Shown one piece after another: positions 8,990-20,929 of a DNA stretch of 64,000 nt. This DNA is from an uncultured Thermoplasmatales archaeon. GTDB lineage: Archaea; Thermoplasmatota; E2; UBA202; DSCA01. The notes beneath the pieces were generated by a model. The model worked only from the letters and a program-made list of their open reading frames with translations. It was not told the origin of the DNA and searched no databases. The position numbers and the translations under genes were made by a program. The stretch is taken from assembly GCA_964414415.1 (NCBI GenBank), contig CAYPWJ010000005.1, positions 11,772 through 75,771 of the forward strand. The letters are read 5' to 3'. Each line of letters begins with the position of its first letter. Positions within the stretch are counted from its first letter, which is position 1.

Positions 8990-9412
8990 ATGGACGAATA
9001 CGTCTCAATCCTCAGGGACCACGACATCACGGTTACGCCCCAGCGGATAGCCGTGCTCAGGTATCTGGACGAACATCGCACGCATCCCGACGCCGACAGC
9101 ATCTACGAGGACCTCAAACGGGACAACCCCTCGCTCTCCAAGACCACCATCTACAACACGCTGGACATGCTCCAGCAGCACGACCTCGTCAAGGTGCTCA
9201 CCATCGGAACGAGGTTCCGGTACGACGTCAACCTCAAGCCCCACCACCACTTCCGCTGCCGGCGGTGCGGCGCCATCATCGACCTCCCGCCGGGCAACGC
9301 ATCTCTGGACTGCATCGACACCGACGGCCACCGCGTCGACGAGGTCCACGTCTACCTCAAAGGCATCTGCAACCAATGCCTGCACAAAGAAAAGGAGGAC
9401 AACAATGGATAA
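8990..9412 (+). CDS. Fur-family metalloregulator (PerR/Fur-like)
   Basis: Winged-helix region [28 protein letters not shown], then ...[10 protein letters not shown]...CNQC (the structural Zn site with CxxC x2) and the His-rich regulatory site. It leads an operon of oxidative-stress and iron genes. Confidence 0.85.
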   Translation: MDEYVSILRDHDITVTPQRIAVLRYLDEHRTHPDADSIYEDLKRDNPSLSKTTIYNTLDMLQQHDLVKVLTIGTRFRYDVNLKPHHHFRCRRCGAIIDLPPGNASLDCIDTDGHRVDEVHVYLKGICNQCLHKEKEDNNG

Positions 9413-9566
9413 ATATGTATGCACAGTCTGCGGCTACGTCTACGACCCCCAAGAGGGCGACCCCGACGGCGGCATCGAGCCAGGGACGCCGTTCGAAGAG
9501 ATACCCGACGACTGGGTCTGCCCCGTCTGCGGCGCCGCCAAGGACGCATTCAAGCCAGTGGAGTAA
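9405..9566 (+). CDS. rubredoxin
   Basis: 53-aa [56 protein letters not shown] with the two CxxCG knuckles. An AAGGAGG ribosome-binding site sits upstream. It overlaps the Fur stop by 8 nt. It is below the 60-aa cutoff of the ORF track. Confidence 0.9.
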   Translation: MDKYVCTVCGYVYDPQEGDPDGGIEPGTPFEEIPDDWVCPVCGAAKDAFKPVE

Positions 9567-9569
9567 ACC

Positions 9570-10757
9570 ATGCAGCTAGAAGCAATAGACACAAACATAT
9601 ATGCAGCAGTAGCGCGGCACTGGGACCGCGAGCTCTTCGACGAGCTCATCCCCCTGCCCGACGGCACCAGCTACAACGCCTACCTGATAGAGGGCAGCGA
9701 GGCGACTGCGCTCATCGACACCGTCGACCCCGCCAAGCAGCACGAGCTGCTCGACCTGCTCGACCGCTACGACGGCGACATCGACTACCTGATAGCCAAC
9801 CACGCCGAGCAGGACCACTCCGGGAGCGTCCCGGCGGTGCTCGACCGCTATCCTGATGCAACAGTCTACTGCACGGCAAAATGCCGGGACATGCTCATCG
9901 ACCACCTGCACGTCGACGAGGAGCATATCCAAGTGGTGGCGGACGGCGACACGCTGTCGCTGGGCGACACAACGCTCCGGTTCATCGAGACGCCATGGGT
10001 CCACTGGCCGGAGACCATGAGCACCTATCTGGAAGAGCAACGCATCCTGTTCCCCTGCGACTTCTTCGGCTCCCACCTGGCAACCAGCAACCTCTACGTG
10101 GAGGACGAGGCGAGGGTGTACGAGGCGGCGAAGCGCTACTACGCCGAGATCATGATGCCGTTCCGGAAGCCAATCCAGAAAAACCTGGCGAAGCTTGCTC
10201 CGCTCGACATCGACATGATAGCACCGAGCCACGGACCCATCTATCGCCACCCTGAGTTCATCATGGACGCCTACCGGGACTGGGCCGGCGACAGCGTCGC
10301 CAGCGAGGTCCTGCTGCCATATGTCTCGATGCACGGGAGCACCAAGGCGATGGTGGACTATTTCGTCGACGCGCTGATCGAGCGTGGCGTTACGGTGAAG
10401 CCGTTCAATCTCACCACGACGGACCTCGGGCAGCTGGCCGTCGCGCTCGTCGACGCGGCCACGCTGGTCATCGCGTCGCCGACGGTGCTCGGCGGGCCGC
10501 ATCCCAAGGCCGTCTATGCCGCCTACCTCGCGAATGCGTTGCGGCCGAAGACGCGCTACGCGGGTGTCATCGGTTCCTACGGCTGGGGCGGCCGTATGGA
10601 GAACAAGATCATCGACCTCATCGGCAATCTCAACGTGGAGCTCCTTGACCCTGTTATATCAAAGGGTCATCCACGTGACGGCGACTATGCATCGATAGAT
10701 GCACTAGCCGACGAAATACTTAAAAGACATAAAGAGATAAAAGACACGGAGGTATAA
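9570..10757 (+). CDS. fprA: flavodiiron protein (FprA-type; metallo-beta-lactamase-like plus flavodoxin domains)
   Basis: The diiron-site region HAEQDHSG and the ETPWVHWPE motif, with a C-terminal flavodoxin-like domain (VIASPTVLGGPHP...GSYGWGG). Confidence 0.85.
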   Translation: MQLEAIDTNIYAAVARHWDRELFDELIPLPDGTSYNAYLIEGSEATALIDTVDPAKQHELLDLLDRYDGDIDYLIANHAEQDHSGSVPAVLDRYPDATVYCTAKCRDMLIDHLHVDEEHIQVVADGDTLSLGDTTLRFIETPWVHWPETMSTYLEEQRILFPCDFFGSHLATSNLYVEDEARVYEAAKRYYAEIMMPFRKPIQKNLAKLAPLDIDMIAPSHGPIYRHPEFIMDAYRDWAGDSVASEVLLPYVSMHGSTKAMVDYFVDALIERGVTVKPFNLTTTDLGQLAVALVDAATLVIASPTVLGGPHPKAVYAAYLANALRPKTRYAGVIGSYGWGGRMENKIIDLIGNLNVELLDPVISKGHPRDGDYASIDALADEILKRHKEIKDTEV

Positions 10758-10758
10758 A

Positions 10759-11145
10759 ATGGACGAATTTGAAGACCTGCTACAGAAGGCAGACTGGAAG
10801 AAAGAGAAACACATGCCGGTCATCGCGGTGCTCGAAGCCAAAGGCGACGAGGTGCGCCTGGAGGCGAGCGTCGGCAAAGAAATCGGGCATCCCAACACGA
10901 CGGCGCACCATATCGAATGGATCGAGGTGTACTTCAAGCCCGACAGCAAGGAATTCCCCTACCTCGTCGGACGATACGACTTCGCGGCACATGGCGCCTC
11001 GACCGACGGCGCCGACAGCAGCACCGTGTACACAAAACCGGCGGTGACGACGTCGTTCAAGACCGAAACGTCAGGCGTCATCTACGCCAAGTCGTACTGC
11101 AACATCCACGGATTGTGGGTCAACAGCGAAGAAATCACGCTCTAG
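10759..11145 (+). CDS. superoxide reductase (desulfoferrodoxin/neelaredoxin family)
   Basis: About 127 aa. H-x-HxIEW and the C-terminal YCNIHGLW (Cys/His ligands of the SOR Fe centre). GGAGGT ribosome-binding site upstream. Confidence 0.8.
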   Translation: MDEFEDLLQKADWKKEKHMPVIAVLEAKGDEVRLEASVGKEIGHPNTTAHHIEWIEVYFKPDSKEFPYLVGRYDFAAHGASTDGADSSTVYTKPAVTTSFKTETSGVIYAKSYCNIHGLWVNSEEITL

Positions 11146-11159
11146 CGAGGTGAACCGAT

Positions 11160-11645
11160 ATGGGAACAATTGGACGAGAAATGGTTGACATGGACGTCGA
11201 GGAGCTGCTGGAGCTGCTGAACAAGGCGTTTGCCGATGAATGGCTGGCCTACTACCAGTACTGGATCGGCGCGCAGGTGCTCGAAGGACAGCTGCACGGC
11301 GAAGCCGAAGCGGAGCTGCTCGAGCACGCGAACGACGAACTGCGGCATGCGCAGATGCTGGCAGACCGGATCATCCAGCTGGACGGCACCCCGGTGTTGA
11401 CGCCGGAGGACTGGTACACGCATACAAACTGCGGCTACGAGGCACCCACCGATCCGTCGGTCAAAACGATCATCCATCAGAACATCGACGGCGAGCAGTG
11501 CGCCATCAAGGTCTACCGGAAACTCGCGGATATGACCAGGGACACGGATCCGGTGACCTACGAGATCGTGCTGGAGATACTGCGCGATGAGATTGAGCAC
11601 GAGGACGACCTCGAGGGTATCCTCGACGACATGAAACATATGTAA
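11160..11645 (+). CDS. ferritin-like diiron-carboxylate protein (Dps/bacterioferritin-like)
   Basis: Four-helix-bundle signature [21 protein letters not shown] ... [20 protein letters not shown] (E...ExxH pair) ... [17 protein letters not shown]. There is no rubredoxin-like C-terminus, so I do not call it rubrerythrin. Confidence 0.65.
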   Translation: MGTIGREMVDMDVEELLELLNKAFADEWLAYYQYWIGAQVLEGQLHGEAEAELLEHANDELRHAQMLADRIIQLDGTPVLTPEDWYTHTNCGYEAPTDPSVKTIIHQNIDGEQCAIKVYRKLADMTRDTDPVTYEIVLEILRDEIEHEDDLEGILDDMKHM

Positions 11646-11659
11646 GGAAGGTGAAAAAA

Positions 11660-12331
11660 ATGGAAAAACACGAGAAAGAAAAAGGTATGCCCCTCATCGG
11701 GGACCGGTTTCCGGAGCTAACGGTACAGACGACCCACGGGGAACTGAAGCTGCCCGACGCGTTCAAGGGAAAATGGTTCATCCTGTTCTCCCACCCCGGC
11801 GACTTCACGCCCGTCTGCACAACCGAGTTCTACGCGTTCCAGAAACGCTTCGAGGAGTTCCAGTCGCTGAACACAGAGCTCATCGGCCTGAGCATCGACC
11901 AAGTGTTCAGCCATCTCAAGTGGACGGAGTGGATCGAGGACAAGCTCGGAGAAAAAATCGAGTTTCCGATCATCGCCGACGGCACCGGGAAAGTCGCCAA
12001 CCGGCTGGGGCTCATCCATAGCGCCGGCGGCACCGCAACGGTGCGGGCGGTCTTCATCGTCGACCCCAAGGCGACGATACGCGCCATCCTCTACTATCCG
12101 GCGGAGCTCGGCCGCAACATGGACGAGTTCATCCGGATGATCAAGGGCTTCCAGAAGGCCGACGAGGACGGCGTCGCCATCCCGGCGAACTGGCCGGAGA
12201 ACGAACTTGTGCGCGACCACGTCATCGTGCCCCCGGCGAGCGACGAAAAGACAATCGAGGAACGCAAAAAGCTGCAGGACAAAGGCAAAATCGAGTGCTT
12301 CGACTGGTGGCTCTGCCACCGGAAGCCCTAA
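11660..12331 (+). CDS. peroxiredoxin (AhpC/TSA family)
   Basis: [17 protein letters not shown] with the peroxidatic Cys. The ATG at 11660 is preferred over the GTG at 11651 because of the AGGAAGGTG ribosome-binding-site spacing. Confidence 0.9.
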   Translation: MEKHEKEKGMPLIGDRFPELTVQTTHGELKLPDAFKGKWFILFSHPGDFTPVCTTEFYAFQKRFEEFQSLNTELIGLSIDQVFSHLKWTEWIEDKLGEKIEFPIIADGTGKVANRLGLIHSAGGTATVRAVFIVDPKATIRAILYYPAELGRNMDEFIRMIKGFQKADEDGVAIPANWPENELVRDHVIVPPASDEKTIEERKKLQDKGKIECFDWWLCHRKP

Positions 12332-12362
12332 ACACGGCCATCATATGCAAAGGTGAAAAACC

Positions 12363-12881
12363 ATGATAAAGAAAGAGATAGAAAACGCGATAAACGACCA
12401 GATAAACGAGGAGCTGTACTCGGCCTACATCTACCTGTCGATGTCCGGCTACTTCGAAGACCAGGACCTGCCGGGCTTCGCCCAGTGGATGTACGCCCAG
12501 TACCAGGAGGAGATAGAGCACGCGATGCGCTTCTACCGCTACCTGCAAGAGCGCGGCGGCCGGCTGCACCTCCAAGAAATCAAGGAGCCACCCAAGGAGT
12601 GGGACTCGCCGCTCGACGCGTTTGAGACGGCGCTGGAGCACGAGCGATACATCACCGGCTGCATCGACGACCTCGTTGATCTCGCGGAAAACGTGCAGGA
12701 CCGGGCGACGTTCAACATGCTGCAGTGGTATGTCGACGAGCAGGTGGAGGAGGAAGACAGCGTCGGGGAGATCGTCGCGAAGCTGGAGCGCGTCGGCGAC
12801 AGCGGCCACGGCCTCCTGATGCTCGACCGCGACCTCGGGCAGCGACAGGCCGGCGCCAGCGACGAAGAAACAGCGGAATAG
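12363..12881 (+). CDS. ferritin (non-haem, Ftn family)
   Basis: INEELYSAYIYLSMS...QEEIEHAMRFYRYLQERGG...EHERYITGCI...FNMLQWYVDEQVEEE, matching the ferritin ferroxidase-centre residues. Confidence 0.85.
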   Translation: MIKKEIENAINDQINEELYSAYIYLSMSGYFEDQDLPGFAQWMYAQYQEEIEHAMRFYRYLQERGGRLHLQEIKEPPKEWDSPLDAFETALEHERYITGCIDDLVDLAENVQDRATFNMLQWYVDEQVEEEDSVGEIVAKLERVGDSGHGLLMLDRDLGQRQAGASDEETAE

Positions 12882-12960
12882 CTCCCTCTCTCTTTTCCCT
12901 CTTTTCTAATTCTTTTAGCTCTTGTTAAATCTCACCTGTTCTTTTCCTTGTTTTTGTCAC
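12882..12960 (+). terminator. about 80-nt polypyrimidine (CT-rich, oligo-T) tract after ferritin; archaeal terminator-like
   Basis: CTCCCTCTCTCTTTTCCCTCTTTTCTAATTCTTTTAGCTCTTGTT...CCTTGTTTTTGTC in an otherwise GC-rich sequence. It shares the CCCTCTCT(T)TTTCCCT(C)TTTCT motif with the tract at 63957-64000. Confidence 0.5.
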
Positions 12961-13028
12961 CGATACCTGGTCATCGAGGTGGAGACGTCTTGCCAGGGTT
13001 TTTATACCCGGGTGTATGTTGTGCTGGT

Positions 13029-13349
13029 ATGGAAACGTCATTGGGCGACGATGAGCGGGAGAAAGAAAAGAAGACGCTGCAGGACTACATCGAAGCCGGC
13101 CGCGCCGGCGAGCAAGATATGCCGGACTCGCTGCTCTCCCAACGAAAAATGGAGGGGCTGGGCCGCGAGGCTGCACGGACCGCCATCAGCCAGGGGCCGC
13201 CGTCCACCGACGACGCGGTTGCAGAAACGCTCGGGCAGCGGCTGAACCGGCACAAGGAAAAGCTCAAGGAGCTCTCCGACATGGCGACCGGCAAACCGCT
13301 GGCCGGCCTCGAGGAGACACCCGACGAGCGAGCCAGCGAGACAGAGTAA
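13029..13349 (+). CDS. small hydrophilic charged protein (hypothetical)
   Basis: METSLGDDEREKEKKTLQDYIEAGRAGEQD... with GC-rich third positions. GAGGTGGA ribosome-binding site upstream. Internal Met chosen over the 12948 start. Confidence 0.4.
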   Translation: METSLGDDEREKEKKTLQDYIEAGRAGEQDMPDSLLSQRKMEGLGREAARTAISQGPPSTDDAVAETLGQRLNRHKEKLKELSDMATGKPLAGLEETPDERASETE

Positions 13350-13400
13350 CAAGGAAGCACGTTACTGTCTTCCTCCCCAGCCCCTTTTATTTGTTGTATG

Positions 13401-14327
13401 CTAGTCGAGGATGTCGGTTGAGAAACTACCGGTCAGGTTGACGGGTGATGCCGTATGCTGTCGGCCGTGATAGGTGAAGGTGGCGCTGCTGTCGACGGTG
13501 TACCTGGTCGTCTCGTCGTTCTCAATGTGCGTCGCAAACCACTGGATGAGGTCGCTGCCGTTGACGACGGCGCTGCAGGCCACCTGAGTGGTCTCGTGGG
13601 GTGGCAGCGTGACGCTGCCGGTGAGGGAGCCGCGGCCGACGGTGAGGTTGTTCATCCCGAAGCGGTAGGTGAACGCGTCGACCTCGATGGCGCTGTCATG
13701 CGGGTTGTAGAGGTGGACGGTGGTGTTGATGACGGTCGCTTCGCCGGTGACGCTGTCCCATGTGGCGGTGAAGTCGCTGGCGACGAGCAGCCGGCGCTCG
13801 CTTCCATCTATGGATGCCGTGACGTTCCGGGGCTGGCTGAGCCGGAGCGTTTGAAGCAGGTCTGTATGCACGGTGCCGTAGCTCTCGTGGATGGTCCGGG
13901 TGCGGTGGAGAGGCCCGGCGGTGGCCTTCACGGTGTACATGAACTCGATGTGGGTGGTCTCGCCGCGGTCGACATGTGACGACCACCATCGGGGCACCCT
14001 GCTCATGTTGACGCTGCTGACGGAGTCGATGACGGTGGCGCCATGTTTGAGGGTGACGTCGGCGTCGTGCCCCTTGGCGATGACGATGTCGTTGAGTAGG
14101 ACTGCATAGCGGAGCGATGAAATCGTGACGTCGAAGGGATTTGGGTTGTCGACGGTTGCCGTGGTCACCAGTTCCGTCTCGTTTGCTGACACGTTTCCCC
14201 AGCTGTTCTCTATCGAGGTTACCCGTGGCGCGCCGAGCCAGCCTGCCAGGTAGCCCGCTACGGCGGCGACGGCGACGGCTGCACCTGCGACCACGACGGC
14301 CGCGACGGCTTTTTTCCAGCGCTTCAT
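13401..14327 (-). CDS. membrane-anchored tandem LEA_2/WHy-domain protein
   Basis: N-terminal Ala/Val-rich TM helix, then two repeats of the LEA14/WHy-like pattern (DNPNPFDVTISSLRYAVLLNDIVIAKG ... ; second repeat TVHLYNPHDSAIEVDAFTYRFGMNNLTVGRG). Confidence 0.55.
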   Translation of the reverse strand: MKRWKKAVAAVVVAGAAVAVAAVAGYLAGWLGAPRVTSIENSWGNVSANETELVTTATVDNPNPFDVTISSLRYAVLLNDIVIAKGHDADVTLKHGATVIDSVSSVNMSRVPRWWSSHVDRGETTHIEFMYTVKATAGPLHRTRTIHESYGTVHTDLLQTLRLSQPRNVTASIDGSERRLLVASDFTATWDSVTGEATVINTTVHLYNPHDSAIEVDAFTYRFGMNNLTVGRGSLTGSVTLPPHETTQVACSAVVNGSDLIQWFATHIENDETTRYTVDSSATFTYHGRQHTASPVNLTGSFSTDILD

Positions 14328-14389
14328 GGTGGCTACTCCTGCTCTTCAAACATGGCGTGGTTTTTGAAGCTTTGTATCCGAGGCGTTGG

Positions 14390-14797
14390 TTATCCGTCGA
14401 GCGGCACCGTCAGCGGCCCAAGGACGAGCAGGCTGCCTTCGATGTCAGTCTGCATCTGCTCTCCCTGCACTGTGTAGGATATGGCGGCGGACACCGTGGC
14501 AGGACCGAGACCGACGACGCCGATGGTGCGCAGCGCCGACTCGCCCGGCTCGAGCTCGGCTGGATGCCAGCCCGTGTCGCGCCCGAGGAGGACAAGGCCG
14601 CCGGCGATGGACAGCGTCTGCAGTCCCTCGACGACGACCACGTCGTCATCCATGTTGGTGATGCGTATCCTGATGCCGAGCCCGGGCTCGAAGGAGCCGG
14701 TGACGTCGGCCGGCGTGGCCTGTACCGTCCCACTGCCTGCCAGCAGCGGCACCGTGAGCAGGAGCGCCATGCCGACAGCCGTGGCTTTCTGTATCAT
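14390..14797 (-). CDS. small secreted protein (signal peptide), hypothetical
   Basis: MIQKATAVGMALLLTVPLLAGSGTVQATPADV... then a beta-rich region. No family recognised. Confidence 0.45.
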   Translation of the reverse strand: MIQKATAVGMALLLTVPLLAGSGTVQATPADVTGSFEPGLGIRIRITNMDDDVVVVEGLQTLSIAGGLVLLGRDTGWHPAELEPGESALRTIGVVGLGPATVSAAISYTVQGEQMQTDIEGSLLVLGPLTVPLDG

Positions 14798-14889
14798 GTC
14801 GCCTCCACCTCTATAACCGCGTGCGGCTATTAAAACATTCCGTCACCTGAAGATGGCAGGTCGGTTCAAAAGAAGAAAAAGGGGGGCGG

Positions 14890-17106
<2,217 letters not shown>

Positions 17107-17177
17107 CTACTATAAATAGCTTGTGGTCTTTCCTTAATAAGGTGTGGTCGTTTAACAATTGAGGAAAAGGTGGACAC

Positions 17178-18656
17178 ATGAAAGAATATGCCCAGTATAT
17201 CGACGGAACATGGACGGAATCCGGCAGCGACGAGCAATTCGAGACCATCAACCCGACGACGGGCGAACCACTCGCCCGCTTTCCCTCAGGTACCCCGAAG
17301 GATGTCGAGCGGGCCGTAACGGCTGCGCGCAACGCCATCACCGAATGGCAACAGATCCCCGCTCCAAGGCGAGGGGAGATCCTGCTCGACGCGGCCCGCA
17401 TCATGCGCCAGCGGAAGCAGGAGCTCGGCGAGCTCGTCACCCGCGAGATGGGCAAGGTCATCTCCGAGGGGCTCGGCGACGTCCAGGAAGCCATCGACAT
17501 GATAGAATACATCGCCGGCGAAGGACGACGCATGACGGGAGAGACGGTTCCGTCGGAGCTGCCCGACAAGGTCTGCATGACGTTCCTAGAGCCCGTCGGC
17601 GTCGTCGGCCTCATCACCCCCTGGAACTTCCCCACGGCGATACCCTCATGGAAGCTCGCTCCGGCGTTGCTCGCCGGCAACGCCGTGCTGTTCAAGCCTT
17701 CGTCGCTGACGCCGATCTGCGCAGCTCGGCTCGTCGAGATATTCGAGGAGGCGGGGGTGCCGCCCGGCGTGCTCAACTTCGTGACGGGGCGCGGCTCCGT
17801 CGTCGGCAGGGCCATCGTGGAGCATCCGCAGGTGACGGCGATATCGTTCACCGGCGGCGTCCCAACCGGCAAAAAAATATATGCCGGCGCAGCACAGCTC
17901 CTCAAGCCCGTCCATCTGGAGCTGGGCGGCAAAAACCCGCTCATCGTGATGGATGACGCACATCTCGAGCTCGCCGTCGAGGGTGCCATGTTTGGCGCCT
18001 TCGGTACCGCCGGGCAGCGCTGCACCGCCGCCAGCCGGCTCATCCTCCACCAGGACGTCTACGAGGAGGCGATGGACATGCTGTTACAGCAGACGGAGGC
18101 GATGACGATTGGCGACCCGCTCGACCCCGACGTGGACATGGGGCCGATGGCGAGCCAGGGACAGCTCGACAAGACGATGGAATATATCGACATCGGCAGC
18201 GACGAGGGCGCCACAATGAGGTACGGCGGCGAACGGCTTGCGGGCGGGATGCACGACGACGGCTTCTTCGTGCAGCCGACCGTGTTCGAGGCGGAGCAGG
18301 GCATGCGCATCACCGAGGAGGAGATCTTCGGACCCGTCCTGTCCGTCATCGAGGCGCGTGACTTCGACGACGCCATCAGGAAGGCAAACGCCGTGCCATA
18401 TGGGCTGTCCGCCTCCATCTACACCCGGGATGTCAACCGTGCCTTCCGGGCCATCCGGCGGCTCGAGGCCGGCGTCACATACGTCAACGCGCCGACCATC
18501 GGCTCGGAGATACAGCTCCCCTTCGGCGGCGTGAAGAACACGGGCAACGGGCTCCGGGAGGCGGGAAGTGCCGCCATCCGGGAGTTCACCGAGACGAAGA
18601 CCGTCTTCGTCGACTACAGCGACCGGCTGCAGAAGGCACAGATACAGGAGGATTGA
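17178..18656 (+). CDS. NAD(P)+-dependent aldehyde dehydrogenase
   Basis: ALDH signatures ITPWNFP, LELGGKNP, catalytic Cys in GTAGQRCTA and the glutamate motif. GAGGAAAAGGTGG ribosome-binding site upstream. Confidence 0.9.
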   Translation: MKEYAQYIDGTWTESGSDEQFETINPTTGEPLARFPSGTPKDVERAVTAARNAITEWQQIPAPRRGEILLDAARIMRQRKQELGELVTREMGKVISEGLGDVQEAIDMIEYIAGEGRRMTGETVPSELPDKVCMTFLEPVGVVGLITPWNFPTAIPSWKLAPALLAGNAVLFKPSSLTPICAARLVEIFEEAGVPPGVLNFVTGRGSVVGRAIVEHPQVTAISFTGGVPTGKKIYAGAAQLLKPVHLELGGKNPLIVMDDAHLELAVEGAMFGAFGTAGQRCTAASRLILHQDVYEEAMDMLLQQTEAMTIGDPLDPDVDMGPMASQGQLDKTMEYIDIGSDEGATMRYGGERLAGGMHDDGFFVQPTVFEAEQGMRITEEEIFGPVLSVIEARDFDDAIRKANAVPYGLSASIYTRDVNRAFRAIRRLEAGVTYVNAPTIGSEIQLPFGGVKNTGNGLREAGSAAIREFTETKTVFVDYSDRLQKAQIQED

Positions 18657-18750
18657 CGCGGCGAGCCATGACGGCGAGCGTCCCGCCGGCGTATTTGATA
18701 GCAAAATATAAGCAAAATATAAATATCACCTCCGTGTTAGAGATGTGCCA

Positions 18751-18807
18751 GGGAAATGGGGCAAAAAATGCCTCCCTTACATTTTTTCGATATGCGCCCC
18801 ATTTCCC
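18751..18807. other. 12-bp perfect inverted repeat (GGGAAATGGGGC ... GCCCCATTTCCC) with 33-nt T-rich loop between convergent genes
   Basis: Arms at 18751-18762 and 18796-18807. The loop contains AAAAAATG...ATTTTTTCG. It sits between the aldehyde dehydrogenase stop (18656) and the M20 peptidase stop (18832), consistent with a bidirectional terminator or a structured RNA. Confidence 0.4.
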
Positions 18808-18831
18808 GTCCTCACCTTTTCCGGCAGCAAT

Positions 18832-20073
18832 CTAGAATACATCCATGAAAAAGTTGAGGAAATATGTCGCGGTGTCAACGACTGCCTGCCGATCTACATA
18901 TTCATTCGGGGCATGGATGTTGCCGCCGCCGGGGCCAAACACCAGCGTCGGTACGCCGGTCCGGGCGGCAAATATGTTGAAGTCGCCGACACTCGTCGTG
19001 GTAAACCGGCATTTTTCGCCCTCGTCCGGCTCCGGCAAAAGGGCAACGAAGCGGTCGAGATACTCGCTTGCCTCCGAGATATAGGGATGATACTCGAGCT
19101 CGGGCGCCGGAGAAAACCGTTTCTGTACGCTCACCTGCGACGGCAGGCCAAGGCGCTCGATGATCTGCTGCAGCTCCTCCGTCGCCGTCTCCTCGTCCTC
19201 GCCGAGCGTCAGCTGCCGGTTCACCAGGATCTTGCAGTAGCCGGGCACCGTAAACGTCTGGTCGCCCCCGGTGATGTTCAGCACCACGTAATGGCCGCGC
19301 CCCATCTTTATGTTGGAGAACATGTCGAACTCCTTTATCGTCGAGATGAGCTGGGCCGCATCTTCCAACGCGTTGACGCCTCCCTGCGGATGCGACGCAT
19401 GCGATGACTCGCCGAAAAACTCTATCTCGTAGATGACGCGGCCCTCCGCCCCGATGATAGGGACGGGAAACGACGGCGTGTGACGGCGCTTGTGCGTGTA
19501 GCAGTAGCTGTCGGCGCCCACCACCGGGGAGGGCTCCGCCACCATGACCAGGTCGTAGTCCTCGATGTCGTGCTCGCGGAGCAGGGTGTCGGCACCCAGC
19601 GAGTAGGGTGCCTCCTCGCCGTAGACGAAGCTCAGGAACAGCTCGCCGTTGACTTCGTCTCGCCTGTCCAGCAGCGCCAGCACGGCCATCATGGCGGCGG
19701 TGCAGCCTCCCTTCATGTCGCAGGCCCCCAGGCCGTATATGTTGCCGTCCTTCTCGGTGGGCTCGTGCGGCGGGTAGAACCATTCGCCGTGAGCAGCAAC
19801 GGTATCAAGGTGGCCGTTCAGCATGATTTTCGGGCCGTCGCCGTCGCCGAGCTTGACGTAGATGTTGTGGTGGTCGCGGCCGGCGTAGTTCATGTAGCCG
19901 ATGTATGGATTCTCGATGTCCTGCACCGTTGGCTCCAGCCCGTGTTCCCGGAGGTATCCCTCGACGTAGTCGTAGATTTCGGGGCCGTCGGTGTCGCTGC
20001 TGGGGATGCCGATGAGCTTTTTTGTCAGGTTGATGACCTCGCCTCGTTCCTCCTCGGTCAGCTCGTGTTGCAT
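18832..20073 (-). CDS. M20-family metallopeptidase/deacylase (ArgE/DapE-like)
   Basis: Metal-ligand motifs NGHLDTV, GLGACDMKGG and the E-E pair. Confidence 0.85.
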   Translation of the reverse strand: MQHELTEEERGEVINLTKKLIGIPSSDTDGPEIYDYVEGYLREHGLEPTVQDIENPYIGYMNYAGRDHHNIYVKLGDGDGPKIMLNGHLDTVAAHGEWFYPPHEPTEKDGNIYGLGACDMKGGCTAAMMAVLALLDRRDEVNGELFLSFVYGEEAPYSLGADTLLREHDIEDYDLVMVAEPSPVVGADSYCYTHKRRHTPSFPVPIIGAEGRVIYEIEFFGESSHASHPQGGVNALEDAAQLISTIKEFDMFSNIKMGRGHYVVLNITGGDQTFTVPGYCKILVNRQLTLGEDEETATEELQQIIERLGLPSQVSVQKRFSPAPELEYHPYISEASEYLDRFVALLPEPDEGEKCRFTTTSVGDFNIFAARTGVPTLVFGPGGGNIHAPNEYVDRQAVVDTATYFLNFFMDVF

Positions 20074-20245
20074 GCTTCCTTCAGATAACGCTGCCGGCGT
20101 ACTTGTATATTTCCCTGTTTGAAAGAGAAAACGAAATGGGGGTACGCCGTCTGTGCAGTACGCAGACCTACCGGCGTCGGGCCGTCATTTGACTACATAG
20201 CCCCGGGCGGCACAATCCTTTTGATACATCACCTGTTATCGGAGC

Positions 20246-20929
20246 GTGGAAACGCTCATCATCGGCATCGCCTTTGGGGCAATCATCGGTCTGGCACAGT
20301 TCTTCAGCGAACATTTTTGCGCCATCTGCGGGCGCCACACGGTCGAGATGACCTCCTTCTCCGCCGGCGTCGCCGTCTCCTATCTCTTCCTCGGTCTTAT
20401 CCCGGAGTTCGTGAGCGAGGTGCAGCACACGGAGCGATGGCTGTACGTGTTCGCGCTGCTTGGCTTCGTGCTCTTCCACCTGGTCGAGAAATACATCTAC
20501 CGGCATTCGGCGCCCCGGGACGTGACCACGCGGCTGGAGCGCGAGAACAGCGCCGTGTCCTTCGCCTACCATTTCATCGTGGGCGTCGTCATCGTCGACC
20601 TGACAGCGATGGGCTTCGCCGACGGGCTGCTCTTTGTTGTCCCCGTCGCGCTGTACACGGCACTCGGGACGCTGCCCGAGCACGTCTCCCCGGAGCGGTG
20701 GGTGCACGTGCTGCTGTCGCTGGCGGCAGTGTTCGGCGTCGTGGCTGCCGTGGTGCTGCGGGACGCGATATCGACGGCTGTCTCGGCGGCGCTGCTGGGG
20801 TTCGTGGTGGGTGCGCTGGCGTTCGCGGTCATCCGGCATGCCATTCCGTATGGCCGGGAGGGGAGGCCGGCGTGGTTCGTCGTCGGGATGGCGGTGTATG
20901 TGCCGCTGGTGCTACTGCTGCAGTCCTGA
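20246..20929 (+). CDS. integral membrane protein (6 TM), hypothetical
   Basis: Consistently hydrophobic helices with GC3-rich codons. No diagnostic motif. Confidence 0.45.
   Translation: METLIIGIAFGAIIGLAQFFSEHFCAICGRHTVEMTSFSAGVAVSYLFLGLIPEFVSEVQHTERWLYVFALLGFVLFHLVEKYIYRHSAPRDVTTRLERENSAVSFAYHFIVGVVIVDLTAMGFADGLLFVVPVALYTALGTLPEHVSPERWVHVLLSLAAVFGVVAAVVLRDAISTAVSAALLGFVVGALAFAVIRHAIPYGREGRPAWFVVGMAVYVPLVLLLQS

Noticed and set aside
9576-10502. 308-aa minus-strand ORF opposite the flavodiiron protein gene
   Set aside because: Arg/Val/Asp-rich junk with no start context. The plus strand carries a clear flavodiiron protein.
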